A stretch of 64,000 nucleotides of DNA from Octopus sinensis (taxonomy: Eukaryota), in the NCBI RefSeq assembly GCF_006345805.1, contig NC_043008.1, positions 33,294,001 to 33,358,000 on the forward strand, in the 5' to 3' direction. The notes below the pieces were generated by a model, which was not told the origin of the DNA, ran no database searches, and saw nothing but the letters and a program-made list of their open reading frames with translations. This document shows positions 12,200 through 26,310 of the stretch, in pieces (positions within the stretch are counted from its first letter, which is position 1; every line of letters begins with the position of its first letter). Made by a program: the position numbers and the translations under genes.

Positions 12200-12740
12200 A
12201 CATATTAATAGTTTGTACTTCCCGAAACATGTTTACATGGGTAGTGTGCACAATTTTTGTTAATTTTCTTCAAACTCTTCTATTGTCTGAAATCGATGAC
12301 CTTTCGGAGTACATTTCAACTTCGGGAATAAAAACAAGTCTGTAAGTGACAGATCCGAAGAGTAGAGCGGCTAAGATGGGTGAGAATCATCTTGCTCTTT
12401 GTCAAAACCAAGGATAAGGAGTATCATGAGAGCACATGAGTTGTTGTGTTGCAGCATCATGTGAGATTTGCCCAGTCTTCAGGTTTCTTTGTCTGCAATA
12501 CCTCACCCAATATTCGCCTCAGGACTTCCAAGCAAGATTCTTTATTAGTCGTCTGATTACGAGAAACCAACTTAGGATAAAAGATGTCGTTCCAATCCTA
12601 AAAGACGATCAACATTTCTTTCATATTTGAGGAACATGACGTGCTTTTTTCTTTTTCTTTTTCTTTTCGGTGGTAGTGAAGGACTGCGACAATCGCTTTT
12701 TGTTTCAACATCGTAGCGTCAACACCCACGTTCCATCATT
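12200..12740 (-). pseudogene. Degenerate mariner (DD34D-type) transposase fragment
   Basis: Hand translation of the minus strand gives DGTWV..YDVETK (GDETW motif), KKARHV..NMKEMLIVF and PLYSSDLSLTDLFLFPKLKCTPKGHRFQTIEEFEEN (PYSPDLAPxDFxLF motif), with stops and frameshifts. TIRs not located. Confidence 0.8.
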
Positions 12741-14184
12741 TTGTATGGATCTTTACGGAAATTTTCCACCCATATTTTTAGATGAGGGATAAGTTCGATT
12801 GCATCAACTCTAGTGCTCAACTGATACTTATATCGACACAGAAAGGATGATAGGTAAAGTCAACTTTGGCTGAATTGGAACTCAAAACAAAATGGGTCTG
12901 AAGGTCTAATAGCATGCTTTTGTAACGGCTTTAAGTTGATTAGTAAACATTATATTGATGATGTCGAAGTCAACAGTTGTGATGATAAAAAGTTGTTGCT
13001 ATTATTGTTTACTGTAGCATGTGAAAGAAAGACAATGTATGAAGTTTTAATAAAAGTATTTATTTACCGTAACGTTACAAATACCTTGCCTCGACGGGCA
13101 GGTTTTGATACATCCAAAAGCATGCGAAGTAAAGTTTGAGTTTGGATTCTCTTCATTATCTAGTAGAAATTGCTGAGACAGATAGAATGATGTTGTAGAA
13201 CAGAATTAGAGCTAGAGAGAATTGTAGGGTGTTGTCTCATAGTTGCTGACAGTAATTTACATTTCTCTCGCTGACCATTAAATTTAGTAGAGGTATTCTT
13301 TGTGATCATGATTCTAGCAGTCCTCTCCTTAACTAATTGAGTCGTCACGAGCTACCTTGTTCAGTTGTCGACAAGTGATTAACTGATTTTTGCTTGGGGT
13401 GTGCTTGCTTATATAAAGATCCAGAAGGATAGATATATCATTGAGAACAATAGATTTAGTTGGTGATCTTGTTATCTCTATTCTAGCTTTTGGTGAAGTA
13501 GAAGAGGTTAGAAAGGGTCAAGTAGTGAAAACATTACTTCGGCCTAGCTAGAGGCATCTGGAAAATGTAAAACTGCTGTCAGAGAAAAACCATTGTTCCA
13601 CCATGGGAACAGTTCTGTTGCAGCGTTAATTTAAATTTGGCTATGGTGGATCGAATCCACTTCATGCATGCACGATTCACTACACTTTCAACTGCACAAA
13701 TTGTACAGTTGGCTTTCGTAAAACATTGGTATATGTGTCAACTTTTTCTGTTGCACATTTATGTAAACTTTATTTTAGTTCATGTGGTAAATTGAAACCT
13801 GTTATAGACTATGTTTAGGCTATTGTCCTATTTGAAACTTGTTTTCACGAACATGTACTGAAGTGGTGCGCCAATTGGACTGTCTAGCAAGGTCTACTTT
13901 GGTAGATATATGGAAAAAGAGAAAAACTTATATATATATCTTATTATGATTGTATTCTCTGAACTCTTATTTATTACCTACAGAATTATATAAACAAAAA
14001 TAGTCAAATTTAATCGCATCCGATGTAATGTGTCTTATTTAAAAAAAAACGAAATGACACGCTGTTTACCTGTAGTTTTATTAGTCACGTTTTTGATAAT
14101 ACGAGAAGCAAGTCTTCCAAAACTGTAATGTAAAGTGGGTGACATCTTCTCCTCTCTTTGTTTGTTTGTTTGTTTCTATCTTTT

Positions 14185-14245
<61 letters not shown>

Positions 14246-14265
14246 ATCTTTCTTTCTTTCTGTCT
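14185..14265. repeat. (TTTC)n microsatellite
   Basis: Direct reading. Confidence 0.95.
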
Positions 14266-14415
14266 ATCTTTCTGTCTTTAATTCTTTTTTTCTTTCTTTT
14301 CAAACCATTAAAGAGACACTGAAAATATACCAGATTTAACCATAAAATGAAAAACTTGAACTTATTGCTGAAAGCTAAAATATAGGTTTCATTTTCTGTG
14401 TGTGTGTGTGTGTGT

Positions 14416-14455
<40 letters not shown>

Positions 14456-15059
14456 TGTGATATGGATATTGGCAGTAAAGAGAAAGATGTGCAATTGAAC
14501 GACACGCAACCAGAGATCAACATTTAAGTTTCAACACTCATATCATTATCTTTCTCCTTACTCAATTAAGGTGAAAAAAATCATGGGTTCAGAACCTTGT
14601 AAAGTGTATCACGCAGTGAATACCCTTAGTTATGCGTACAGAAGTGTTGATTGTGGAATGAAAGTTGACAAAAGAAAGGGGGAGAAAAGATTCAGATGGG
14701 TATTGATATATTAGCTTCAAATTTTGGCACAAGGCCAGCAAGATTGGGGAAGAGGTAAGTCGATTACATCGACCCTACTTTTCAACTAGTACTTACTTTT
14801 TTTTCTTCCCTTAATTATTTATACAACTTTCGGAGTGCCGTAGACTGAAAGATAAAAATTCTCCCAATATTTTTATGGGATTTTTTTTTTGAATCATGGT
14901 TGATTTTTTTTTTTCTTAAAAGGGAAAATTACTAATCTATTTAAAATAAAATAATGATCTTTATCATCTTAATCAAGAAGAGAAACAGAGAGATTATCTC
15001 TTTATAGACGAAGATCAGTTGCAATGGGAAGAGTCGAGTCTCATAAGAATGGAAAAACA

Positions 15060-15620
15060 AAACAACAAATTAGTTGTACCTTATAATGAAACTCTTTTAA
15101 GAGCATTCGGATGCCACTGCAACGTTGAAATCGTTGCCTCAGTGAGGTCAGTTATGTACGTTATCAAGTACATGCCGAAAGGAAATGACCAACCTGCTAG
15201 TCAAATAATCAATAAGAACGGAATTAGTCAATATCTGAAGGTTAGGTATATTAGACCATCCGAAACATTTGCATCCATTTTAATAGCGAGACTGCAAGTT
15301 CATCTACCAGATGAACAAAAAATATTACTCAGAAGTAATGAAGATATATATGGATGTCAATGAACGACATATGAGAATAACATTGACCGAATTCTTTTCA
15401 TTGTGCATCAATGATGACTTTGCAAAAACATTACTTTATGATGAAGTACCCATGTATTTCATTTCGAACAGTAGTAACAAAAATAGCAAAGAACAAAGCG
15501 AGGGAAAAAGTTGAAGGCCATTTGAACGTTTTCAAAGAAGAAACACTTGGTCGTGTTTATGTTGTCACACCAAAGGCAGGAGAACTGTATTATTTAAGAA
15601 TTTTATTGCATGAAGTTTGA
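15060..15620 (+). pseudogene. Helitron RepHel fragment (end of Rep to linker region), frameshifted
   Basis: Overlapping ORFs give VVPYNETLLRAFGCHCNVE..SV.YVIKY..KG.D, ISQYLKVRY..P.E, RLQVHLPDEQ, TLTEFF.LC..D.FAKTLLY.EVP and LGRVYVVTPKAGELYYLRILL, all typical Helitron RepHel motifs. Confidence 0.85.
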
Positions 15621-15771
15621 AATAGTATTTTTTCTCCTTTGTTGCCAAGCATCGACATTTTCAATTTGGAGTGGTTGTGACTCAACGGGTCATGGGTACA
15701 TCTATACATACATACATACATGCATACATACATACATACATACATACATACATACATACATACATACATGG

Positions 15772-16024
15772 GGGACTCTCCCGTCGAAGACGACGAATGG
15801 ACGTTCAGCTTTTGCCGAAAGACCTGCACAAATGATTTGTTTATAGTGATCAAATGTATGTGCCGTACATTAGTTCACTTTCTTCATCAAATCGGCATTG
15901 TCTGAACAGGGGCACTTTGTGTCACGTTTTGCTCAAGAACACAACGCATCAGCCGGTCTAGGAAATGAAACCACTACCTTGCGATGGTGAGTCCAACACT
16001 CTAACCACTAGGCCACGCGCCCTC
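15772..16024 (-). mobile_element. tRNA-headed SINE family C copy, between (TACA)n tracts
   Basis: Head GAGGGCGCGTGGCCTAGTGGTTAGAGTG, TTCTTGAGCAA motif, tail GAACGTCCATTCGTCGTCTTCGACGGGAGAGTCC. Confidence 0.7.
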
Positions 16025-16280
16025 ATACACACATACACACACACATACATACATACATACATACATACATACATACATACATACATACATACAACATACA
16101 TACATACATACATACATAAAGACAGACAGACATTCATACATACATACGTACGTACATACATACATACATACATACATACATACATGCATTTATACATACA
16201 TACATACATAAAGACAGACAGACATTCATACATACATACGTACGTACATACATACATACATACAACATACATACATACAT
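16025..16280. repeat. Compound (TACA)n microsatellite
   Basis: Direct reading; contains a repeated AAAGACAGACAGACATTC sub-block. Confidence 0.9.
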
Positions 16281-16282
16281 TT

Positions 16283-16592
16283 GAGACTCCCTTCGGTCAT
16301 GCCTGACCGTGGTATTGCACCTAGAAAGCTACCCTCCCAGGCACAAGTCCGGGCAAGGTTGTTTATGGAAGACCAGCAGTTGCCCATAAATTCCGGCCTC
16401 CCCTCTCCACGCCACCAGTGTTATCCAGGGGAAAGGCAACAGCAGATACAGCTTGGCACCTGTGACGTCACAATTCATTTCTACAGCTGAGTAAATTGGA
16501 ACAACGTGAAATAAAGTGTCTTGCTCAAGAACACGACACGTAACCTCACGATCGTAAGCTCTACGCTCTAACCACTGAGCCATGCGCCTTCA
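16283..16592 (-). mobile_element. tRNA-headed SINE family C (second tail type); close paralogue at 35195-35530
   Basis: Head GAAGGCGCATGGCTCAGTGGTTAGAGCG, GTGTTCTTGAGCAAGACACT, tail GGTGCAATACCACGGTCAGGCATGACCGAAGGG. 35195-35530 aligns along its length. Confidence 0.8.
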
Positions 16593-17646
16593 TGTATATA
16601 TATATATATATATATATATTAAGGTATGTAGAAAAATACAACATGGACAAGAACGTATAACTCATAGAAGACGATACAATAAACATGGACAGGACATTCG
16701 AACCCCTCAGTCTTCAGTCAAGAACCGGATCATCGTAGTAATTTCGGCTGATTAATCTTGAGATTACTAGATCACGGCCAGCCCTCCAAGAAAAACTAAG
16801 CTGGAAGCGTAGATTTCCTGGAAGAAGGATCGAATGCATACGAACACCAGGACAGCAAAAGGGACAGATATAAAAAAAAAACAAAAAACAATAATGGAAT
16901 ACAGAAACATGAAATACAGAAGCATTAACGGTGAAAACAACAAGTGTCTTACGACTGATAACAAGCAAACAAATTTTTTCTCTGGCGCATTGGAAAAAGC
17001 CTTTATAGCGGCGGACGAAGAACAACGATGTTAACACGACGAGGGTCAGGAGCTGAAAGGCAGATTTCGGCCAACAGTCACGTGACAGAGAAGAGGGAAA
17101 AGAAAAGAACGAGAAATATATATATATATATATATATAAAGGAAATGAAGAAAATGCTGACAAATAATTGAAGTAATTTAAGTAATTTAATTAGGTGAAA
17201 GTTCTTTTTACCGGTTGCGCATTTGTTATGCTTATCAAAATATAAAAGAGAGATTAGAGTCTGTCTCTTATATGTGAAAAAAAGAGGCTCCAGAGTTGTT
17301 TTGGATTTGCTTGGTTTCGCGCCTAAAATTTTGATTGGTCATTATGAAGGGGTCACGTGAATGTTTGAATGGAAGTTGGTGTTGGGGTAAGAAAAAAGGC
17401 TCCAGAGAAGTTAAAATTTGGCTAGTGTCCCGCCTAAAATTTCTTATTGGCCATGTGAATGTTTAGAATTTTCGAAAATAGTGTTGTTGAAAATTCTTAT
17501 TGTTCAGGCTGGTCAGTAGACGTCATGTGGATATTTTAAATAGCTTTTTAGCGCGTAGTTAGGGAGTGTATTTTCCGCTTGACTGGATAAGTAAGTTCGT
17601 TTAGAACAGGGAGAGCTGTATGTATGTATGTATGTATATATTTAAG

Positions 17647-18405
<759 letters not shown>

Positions 18406-18432
18406 CATATGTATGTATGTATGTACGTATGT

Positions 18433-19246
18433 AAAAAAAACTGATGAAACTGCAGGACAGTTTTATGATGATCTAACACAATTACTGAGGAAAGTACCAA
18501 TTTCTGACAAGCTGGTTATATTGGGAGATTTCAATGCAAGAGTTGAAAAGGAATGTGCTTTATGGCCTGTTTTAGGCCGACATGGGATTGGAAAATGCAA
18601 TAAAGATAGAGTAGCTCTTTTGACGTTTTGTACTGGGAATAGCCTGGTTGTCACCAACACTCTGTTTAAGCAGAAAAATAAATATAAAACCACCTGGATG
18701 CACCCAAGATCTAAGCACTGGCATCTTATAGATTATATTCTGATCAGAGAACGTGATATGAAAGACGTTTCTAGCGTTCGGACCATGCGAGGGGCAGAGA
18801 GCTGGACTGACCATCATCAAGTGCGTGGAAAAATAATGCCTAAAAATCGACAGTCTGGTCCTAAGGTACGCAAAAAGTTAAATGCTGCCAACTTTAAATT
18901 ACCAAGCAACTTGCAACGATTTCACGATGCTATAGAAAATATCAATCTTGACCCAAACAATCTATGGGAAGATTTCAAAACAAAAGTATTTCAGGCTGCA
19001 AGTTCGTCAGCGGGGTTTAAATCACATATGTCCAGTGGATGGTGCTCAGATAGATCAGTAGAAATTCACGATCTACTTTTAGAAAAACAAAACTTAGGCA
19101 ATGCACTTCTTTCTCAGTCCTTGAACCCCAACTCAAGCGAAGCTTACAGAAAGCTGAAAAGGAAAATGCAGACTGCTCTTAGGAAAATTAAACAGGAATG
19201 GTGGAATGATAGAGCCAAAGGGGCACAAGAAGCAGCTGATAGAAAG
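18433..19246 (+). mobile_element. RTE-clade LINE internal fragment (endonuclease C-half plus linker), open reading frame
   Basis: ORF 18413-19279: FYDDL..LL.KVP..DKLVILGDFNARV, GRHGIGKCN, TWMHPRSKHWHLIDYILIR, GAESWTDH (RTE/BovB-like EN motifs). Both ends abut GTATGT repeats. Confidence 0.9.
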
Positions 19247-19614
19247 TATGTATGCAGTGTCGCATGCATATCTGAATGACAGCTGTATTAACGTTAGCAT
19301 CCCACTGTCACTCCATATTTGTCACTTACACAACGCTGTTCTCCGCTTCCCTGATATCAGTCACATTCACTATGCCCCCACATTTCCCTCACACTAACAC
19401 TCTTTGCATCTTTCTCATTTTATCAAATAATAAGGGGCCTCACTATAAATTTTTATTGAAATCTAATTAGCCTATAATTGAATTGGATGTTAGTTTAACA
19501 TGTATGCATAGTTTCGTCAAGATAAGTCCACTGGTGTAGGTAGATGGTAACAGACAGATCGACAGACAGAAATTGCCAGTTATGTGTTTATGCATGTATG
19601 TGTGTGGGTGGGTG

Positions 19615-19680
19615 TTTATGTATGTATGTATGTATGTATGTATGTATGTATGTATGTATGTATGTATGTATGTATGTAGG
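19615..19680. repeat. (TATG)n microsatellite
   Basis: Direct reading. Confidence 0.95.
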
Positions 19681-20326
19681 AACGTGCGTATATACATGTG
19701 TATGTACATATGTATGCGTATATTTATGTACGTATTTATGTGTAGGTACGTACTTATGTACGTTGTGCGTAGTGTTGTGGTTTGTGCGAGTGTGTGCGTG
19801 TGTGTGTGCCAGGAAATAAAGGGCTTTTAATAACAAATATTTGTCATTCAGCCCGTGAATACAACATAATATGTTGACTTGTAACAATAGCTTAGTTCCC
19901 GGACATGTTTGTTCAACACCAACTTCTGTCAATAGTACAGACAATTCACCATAGAAACCATAAAGTGTCCATTTTGCTTTCTACGTTTCAAATAAAGGAA
20001 CGAAGGAACCTCTACGTAGTCGCTCTGCTTGTTAGAAATAGAAACCAAAACATGTTCACACCATCTCTCTAATTATCGTTTTGGGGACATACCTATATAA
20101 GTGTACCTGTACTCGACTTTGTTTCCTCGTAACTCGCAGAAAAATTGATATGTTTTTTATTAGAAACTTTCTACAAATATCCTCCAGATAGTGTAGAATA
20201 CAATTATATCGGAATTTAATATGGAAAAAAAGAAGAAGAAAAAAAAAAAAGAAATTGGTAGACGCATGCACATACATACTGATACACATCACGGTGTTTT
20301 CCATATTTCAAGTTTCAGTTTCGTGG

Positions 20327-21470
20327 TGTTATGAGCCAGGCTGTCTTGTAGGGAAGGGCCGAAAGAGAGGGAGTAGACATGTCCTGTCAGAGGTGGGGCC
20401 TGTGGGTCCTATCGGAAGAGCCGCGGTGGACATGCGGAGACAGCGAAGCGCGAGCAGCCAGTTGGCGGCGGACAGCGCATGAGAGCAGGTGTGTCAGGCG
20501 GTACAGCGAAGGACAGAACACGTGGACGTTGTGAACGACTCTTTCCGGACCGACAGGTAAAACTACCGCAATTATCTCTTTGCTTCCGTCTTTTTCCTCC
20601 TTCACATCACAAGCTATTTCGGCTCAAAAAAAAGAAAAAAGAAAAAATGCTGGTTATGGTCCGTGTTTCGAACGAGACGGTTAGGCCATTTTGCGGCGAG
20701 GGAGACGTCACCGCTTGGCTGCAAAAAATTAAGTTGGTGGCAAGACTCTAAGGTATAGATGACCTAGCGACTTTCAAACCGTTGTACCTCAATGGATCGG
20801 CGTTGGCGCTATACTTGGAAATGGAGGAGAAGGACCAGTTAAGCGTAGAAAAAATAGAAGGCCAGCTGATGGAGGCTTTTACAGAAGGGCCATTTATGGC
20901 ATATGGTCAACTAGGGAAAGCGAAGTGGACGGGTGAAAAGGTCGATGTGTTTGCCAACAAAATCAGGAGATTGGCTAGACTCGTGGGATACTGGGACGAT
21001 GCATTGGAACAAACGGTTAAATTAACCTTTGTGACAGGATTTCCTGACCACGTATCGGTCGAACTGCAAAAGCTGCCGAATATTCACTCCATGGCGATGG
21101 GAGAGGTAATATCTTGGGCCAAAGCCATCGTCTCGTGTTGCAAGACGACACCTGCAGCAGCGACTGCAACAACGAGAGGGAGTCAAACAAAGAGCAGCGG
21201 AGAGGGGTCGAACAAGGAATGTGTGCAACTCTGCAAAGGACAATGTTTTCGGTGCCCCAGGTTTAGAGTAATTTGCTATCGATGCAGGCAAATAGGACAT
21301 GTCGCTAATGAATGCGTTCAAGGAAACGGTCTAAGGGAGACTACTGCGCTGGTAGTCATCCCGTCGAAAGAATAGAAGCGCGTATACAGTCGTTGCCAGT
21401 AATAGATTGTCGTAGTGAACGGAAAGTGTCACGAACCCTCGTGGACACGGGTTGCTCAACAACCCTAATG
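20327..21470 (+). mobile_element. Truncated Ty3/Gypsy LTR retrotransposon: candidate 5' LTR (20327-20611), gag and start of protease
   Basis: TG..CA-bounded GC-rich segment. Gag runs from ATG 20647 to TAG 21375 with one in-frame TAA (20749-20751) and a CYRCRQIGHVANEC zinc knuckle. Aspartic protease LVDTGCSTTL (DTG 21444-21452) lies in the -1 frame, with AGGAAAC (21321-21327) resembling a GGGAAAC slippery site. No RT/IN or 3' LTR seen. Confidence 0.8.
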
Positions 21471-22710
21471 ATTCCTTCACATCAGAACTTTATTTGTGTG
21501 TGTCTGACGATTTATGCAGCAATTGGTAGAGAAGGCATGCAGTTCTTGAGTTGGAAGGTCGCCAATATTTTAACGATGGAGTTGTAACGACAGTTGTTAA
21601 GGTGTTGGTTGTCAGTGTGCAAGATGGAAGAAGAAAAACGATTGAAGTTGTTAAGAAATATTTACTTACCGTTACTTTAATATTTGTAACACAACACCAC
21701 GACGGGTAGCTGTGTATAAGATATAAAAACAAGAGTTATCTTTTCTTGTATGTCGTTGCTTATTATGTTTGGTCAGCTGCTAGCTGCCTACCTAGGAATT
21801 AGAGGAAGATAGAGTAGATATTACTATCTGTTTCACATAGATTATTGCGCTTAGACAATACTGATGAAGCTTCAGACACGCTGGCTGGATGTACATAGCC
21901 TGTTTTATGCTCGAAGTACATATAAACATTAGGTGACCAGAGAAAACTGAAGAATTATATTTTCTAGATTGAAAAAAAAAAAAAGAGTTATTTCCCATGG
22001 ATTGTTGCATGTGATTCCAGAAATGGACGCAACATATTGTCAGAGTGAATATCTGTGCAGAAAGGTAGTAGCATCCGAATATGTTGCCTTTTGTGTTCAA
22101 GAAATGTGAATTTTTTTTAGAAGGAATTTATAACTGAAGTGTGGTTGTAAGCACAGACATAGCTGAGTGGTAAGAAGTTTGCTTTCCAACCACATGGTTT
22201 CAGGTTCAGTTCCACTGTGTGTTACCTTGGGCAAGTGTCTTTTGTAGCCTTGGGTTGATCTAATCCTTGTGAGTGGAATAGGTGGACGAAAACTGTAAGA
22301 AACCTGTCATATATTTATATGTATGTGTTTGAGTGTGTGCATGTCTTTTGTCATCTATCTTTTATTTGTTTCAATCATTAGACTGCAGTCATGAAGTGTT
22401 TTTAGTTGAATGAATCAACTCTAGGATTTTTTTTTAAGTCTGACACTTATTTTATTGGTTTCTTTTGCTAAACTGCTAAGTTATAAGGGCGTAAACACAT
22501 CAACACCAGTTGTCAAGTGGTGTTGGGGGATAAACACAGACATAAAGACACACACATATACACATAATGAGCTTCTTTCAGTTTCCATCTACCAAATTCA
22601 TTCACAAGGCTTTGGTCAACCCAAGACTATAGTAAAAGACACCTGCTCAAGGTGCAGTGCCATGCAGTGGGACTGAACCTGGAGCCATGTGATTGAGAAG
22701 CAAACTTCTT

Positions 22711-22945
22711 ATTTCTTTATTGCCCACAAGGGGCTAAACATAGAGGGGACAAACAAGGACAGACAAAAGGGATTAAGTCAATTACATCGACCCCAGTGTG
22801 TAACTGGTACTTACTTTATCAACCCCGAAAGGATGAAAGGCAAAGTTGACCTTGGCGGAATTTGAACTCAGAGCGTAATGGCACATGAAATACCACTAAG
22901 CATTTTGCCCGGCATGCTAACGTTTCTGTCAGCTCGCTGCCTTAA
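22711..22945 (-). mobile_element. SINE family A, Tx1-tail subfamily, nested in a family B SINE, with TSD
   Basis: AAGCAAACTTCTT (22698-22710) and AAGCAAACTTTTT (22946-22958) match 12/13. The host SINE B continues on both sides. Confidence 0.9.
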
Positions 22946-23269
22946 AAGCAAACTTTTTACTACACAGCAATGCCTGCACGTATTCTCTTTGCCTTGTCTT
23001 TAGATGACAGTTGGAAGTGAGTATCACTGTCATGTAAGTAGTGTCATTCATTTCCAATCTTCCATGAAAACATGTCTGGTCATGGGAAAATATCTTGCTA
23101 AGAAACAGGTGAGAGTTGATGATGATAGGAAGGGTATCTGGCTGTAGAAAATCCACCTCAACAAATTCTGTCTTTCCCATAGAAGCATGGAAAAGTGGAC
23201 GTTAAAACAATGATGGTGCTGTTAATATGACATTCGTCTTTACAAAATTAACCTTTAGAGCTCTATTCT

Positions 23270-23610
23270 AGATCCTACTTGCATATTTGGAACATTTGTT
23301 CTAATTCTTTGGACGGTCTTGCTGTGTGTTCTAGGCTGTGAACATATAGGAACTCTTGGAAGAGGTAGGCTTTACCTCTCCTGCCATAGCTTGGAGAACT
23401 TTGATAATCAGACGTGGGAAGAGAACTGAATCTTGATGGACACATTCGTACTTTAAATTCCTCAAAGATTTCGTTGCTAACTCTCATTTGCTGGTAGTAT
23501 CCCAGCATATGGCTTTCACAAACCATTCCGCTAACCCCAGTTTTCTAAGTGACTTTCAGACTATCAGAGGCAGAAATCTGTCAAAGCCTTCTCCAAATCA
23601 GCTAATGCTA
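23270..23610 (-). pseudogene. Degenerate RTE reverse-transcriptase fragment
   Basis: Minus strand, across frameshifts: DLEKA.D, LRKLGVSEWFVKA, RVSNEIFEEFKVRM, FLYVHSL (degenerate YADDL). Confidence 0.6.
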
Positions 23611-25300
23611 GGTATAATGGCTTATTCAACCTAAAAATTTTCTCTTGTGATTGCCTCATGAAAAAGAGGGAACTGGAGATCCCACATCTTAATACAGACT
23701 CAAATACATGTTAATTAAGTTTGTTATCTCTTATTAGATTTGCTAAACATGTCTCTGCTACTTGGCTTTTCAGTTTAATACCTCTGTAGTCAATTTGTCT
23801 GCCTTGCTCCAGTTTGGAGTCTGGTACTTATTTTATTGATCTCTATAAAAGCTTACATCTTACTAAGAAATGTAGAATAATTTACAAATTTATATTATCC
23901 TTACATTCTTTACTTACTTGTTTCAGTTATTTGACTGTGGGCATGCTAGAGAACTGCCTTTAGTCGAGCAAATCAACCCTAGGACTTATTCTTTTTACGG
24001 GGATGTAAACACACCAGCATCGGTTGTCAAACCATGTTGGGGGGGACAAACACACACATATATATATACATATACTACAACGGGCTTCTTTCAGTTTCTA
24101 TCTACCAAATCCATTCACAAGGCTTTGGTCGGCCCTAGGCTATAGTAGAAGACACTTCCCAGGGTGCCACAAAGTGGGACTGAACCCAGGACCTTATCGT
24201 TGGTAAGCAAGCTACTTACCACACAGCCACTCCTGCGCCTTATGCAGAAATACTTATAATCTTCTCTATATCAATTCAACATTTAGCATATGTTCTATCA
24301 AAGCTAGTATATATCATACATACTTATGTGTACACACATATCCTTAAATCCTTAAAAATGTTTTAGCCTGCGGCCACATATACAAACATTTTTCAAAATT
24401 TCAAGAACATGTTTTAAGTATAGACATGGCTGTATGGTTAAGAAGTTTGCTTCAAAGTCACATGATTTCAGGTTCAGTCCCACTATGTGGTTAGTGGTTT
24501 CTACTATAGCCCTTGGCTGATCATGGCCTTATGAATGGTTTTGACTGACAGAAACTGAGAGAAGCCTATCATGTATATGTATGTATGTATGTGAATGTGT
24601 ATATGTTTGTGTCTTCTTATCTTCACATCATGTGATAGTAGTAAATTATTGTCACTATCATCTTAGCAGTGTCATTCATTTCCAATATTTTGCAAAAATA
24701 TGTCTGGCCATGAGGAAATATTACCTTGCTTAGTAACAGGTGGGGGTTGGCAACAGGAAGGACATCTATCCTTACAAAATCTATCTTGATAAACTATCTG
24801 ACCCATGCAAGCATGGAAAAATGGACATTAAAATGATGATGATGATGGTAATGTTGTTTTAGTTTAAGTATCATCAATTTCACAAAAGAAAAAAAAGACA
24901 TCAAATACATCAAAAATGAAATTAAAGGAACTAAAAAGAAACAAAAAAAAAACTCCTGAAATGAAATTCAAGAAAGAAAAGTCGAAAATATATTTGTCTT
25001 TTAATTATTTTTAAAATTTATTTTCCAAATCAATATGAAAAGATCTGTTATAAAGCAAAGCCCCAAAAATCATAAATTCCATCAATTGTGTTTTCATTGA
25101 AAACAAGCATTGCACACATTGAATTGTTCAACACCGATGCCAGTTCTGTTTTTTAAGTTTTTTCCCTAAATTTTCGTTTGTTATGCACACACAATTTACT
25201 TGTGCAATATATAAATATATGTGTGAGCATTTAAATGTATGCCTAACAATATTTCATAGCAACAAAAAATCAATAGTAATCATATATTAATCATAATAAT

Positions 25301-25516
25301 GGTTTAAAATTTTGCCACAAGGGCAGCCATTTTGTGGGGGAGGAGATGTGTCGATTACATCGACCCCAGTGTTTAACTGGTACTTAATTTATCGACCCGA
25401 AAGGGATGAAAGGCAAAGTCGACCTTGATGGAATTTGAACTCAGAACGTAAGGACAAACGAAATGCTGCTAAACATTTTGCCTGGCGTGCTATCAGTTCT
25501 GCCAGCTCGCCGCCTT
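25301..25516 (-). mobile_element. SINE family A, (ATT)-flanked subfamily (tail GGCCCTTGTGGCAAAATTTTAAACC)
   Basis: Full head and central domain, with AATAAT repeats on both sides. Similar minus-strand copies near 26330, 32690, 36115 and 39455. Confidence 0.85.
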
Positions 25517-26068
25517 AATAATAATATCAATAATGATAATAATCAGAATAATCGTAATTTTTCACATACACACAGTTTAGTGTCAGGATGAGAGCAAAGT
25601 CGTTTAAATCTACACAAGTACCCATGTAGGCACCTTACATTATCAATACTGTGTGATTTGAAGTCAGAATATAAAGGGACATAACCGAATACCTCTCAGT
25701 ATCCTGCCTAATGTTCTAGTGAGTCTGTCAATCTGCTGCCCTCCTCCCATTAAGTAATGACAATAAGGATGATGATGATGATGGTTATTATTATGAAGAT
25801 GATGATGAAGATTAACACAGACACAAGGTGACAGACAATTCTGTGGAGGAGGGAGGACTATTGCTGCTTAGATCAACTGCATCTCAGTACTTGACTGGTA
25901 CTTTATTTTATCAAACCCTGAGAGGATGAAAGACAAACATCATCCCAGGTGAGATTTGAACTTACAGTATATAAAGAAATGTAACCTGATACAATATGTC
26001 ATTTTGCCTGGTATTCTGTTTCTACCAACCTCAGCCTTTTGCAAAATTAACAATAAGATGATACTGAA

Positions 26069-26103
<35 letters not shown>

Positions 26104-26310
26104 TCCTTTCTACTAAAGGCACACGGCCTGAAATTTTTGGGGTAGGGGTACTACTTGATTACATTGACCCCAGTGTTTCACTGGTACTTAATTTATCGAC
26201 CTCAAAAGGATGAACGGCGAAGTCAACCTTGGTAGAATTTGAACTCAGAACATAAAGACAGGCTAAGCATTTTCCCTGGCATGCTAACAATTCTGCCAGC
26301 TCTCCACCTT
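26104..26310 (-). mobile_element. SINE family A, (ATT)-flanked subfamily (tail GTGCCTTTAGTAGAAAGGA)
   Basis: (AAT)n at 26069-26102 and 26311-26327 on either side. Similar minus-strand copies near 26545, 28070, 32392 and 36865. Confidence 0.85.

Noticed and set aside
16620-17115. TA-flanked repeat as a Penelope element with a hammerhead ribozyme
   Set aside because: CTGAAGA and GAAA occur on the minus strand, but stem II does not close (C opposite C) and no RT/GIY-YIG sequence is visible.
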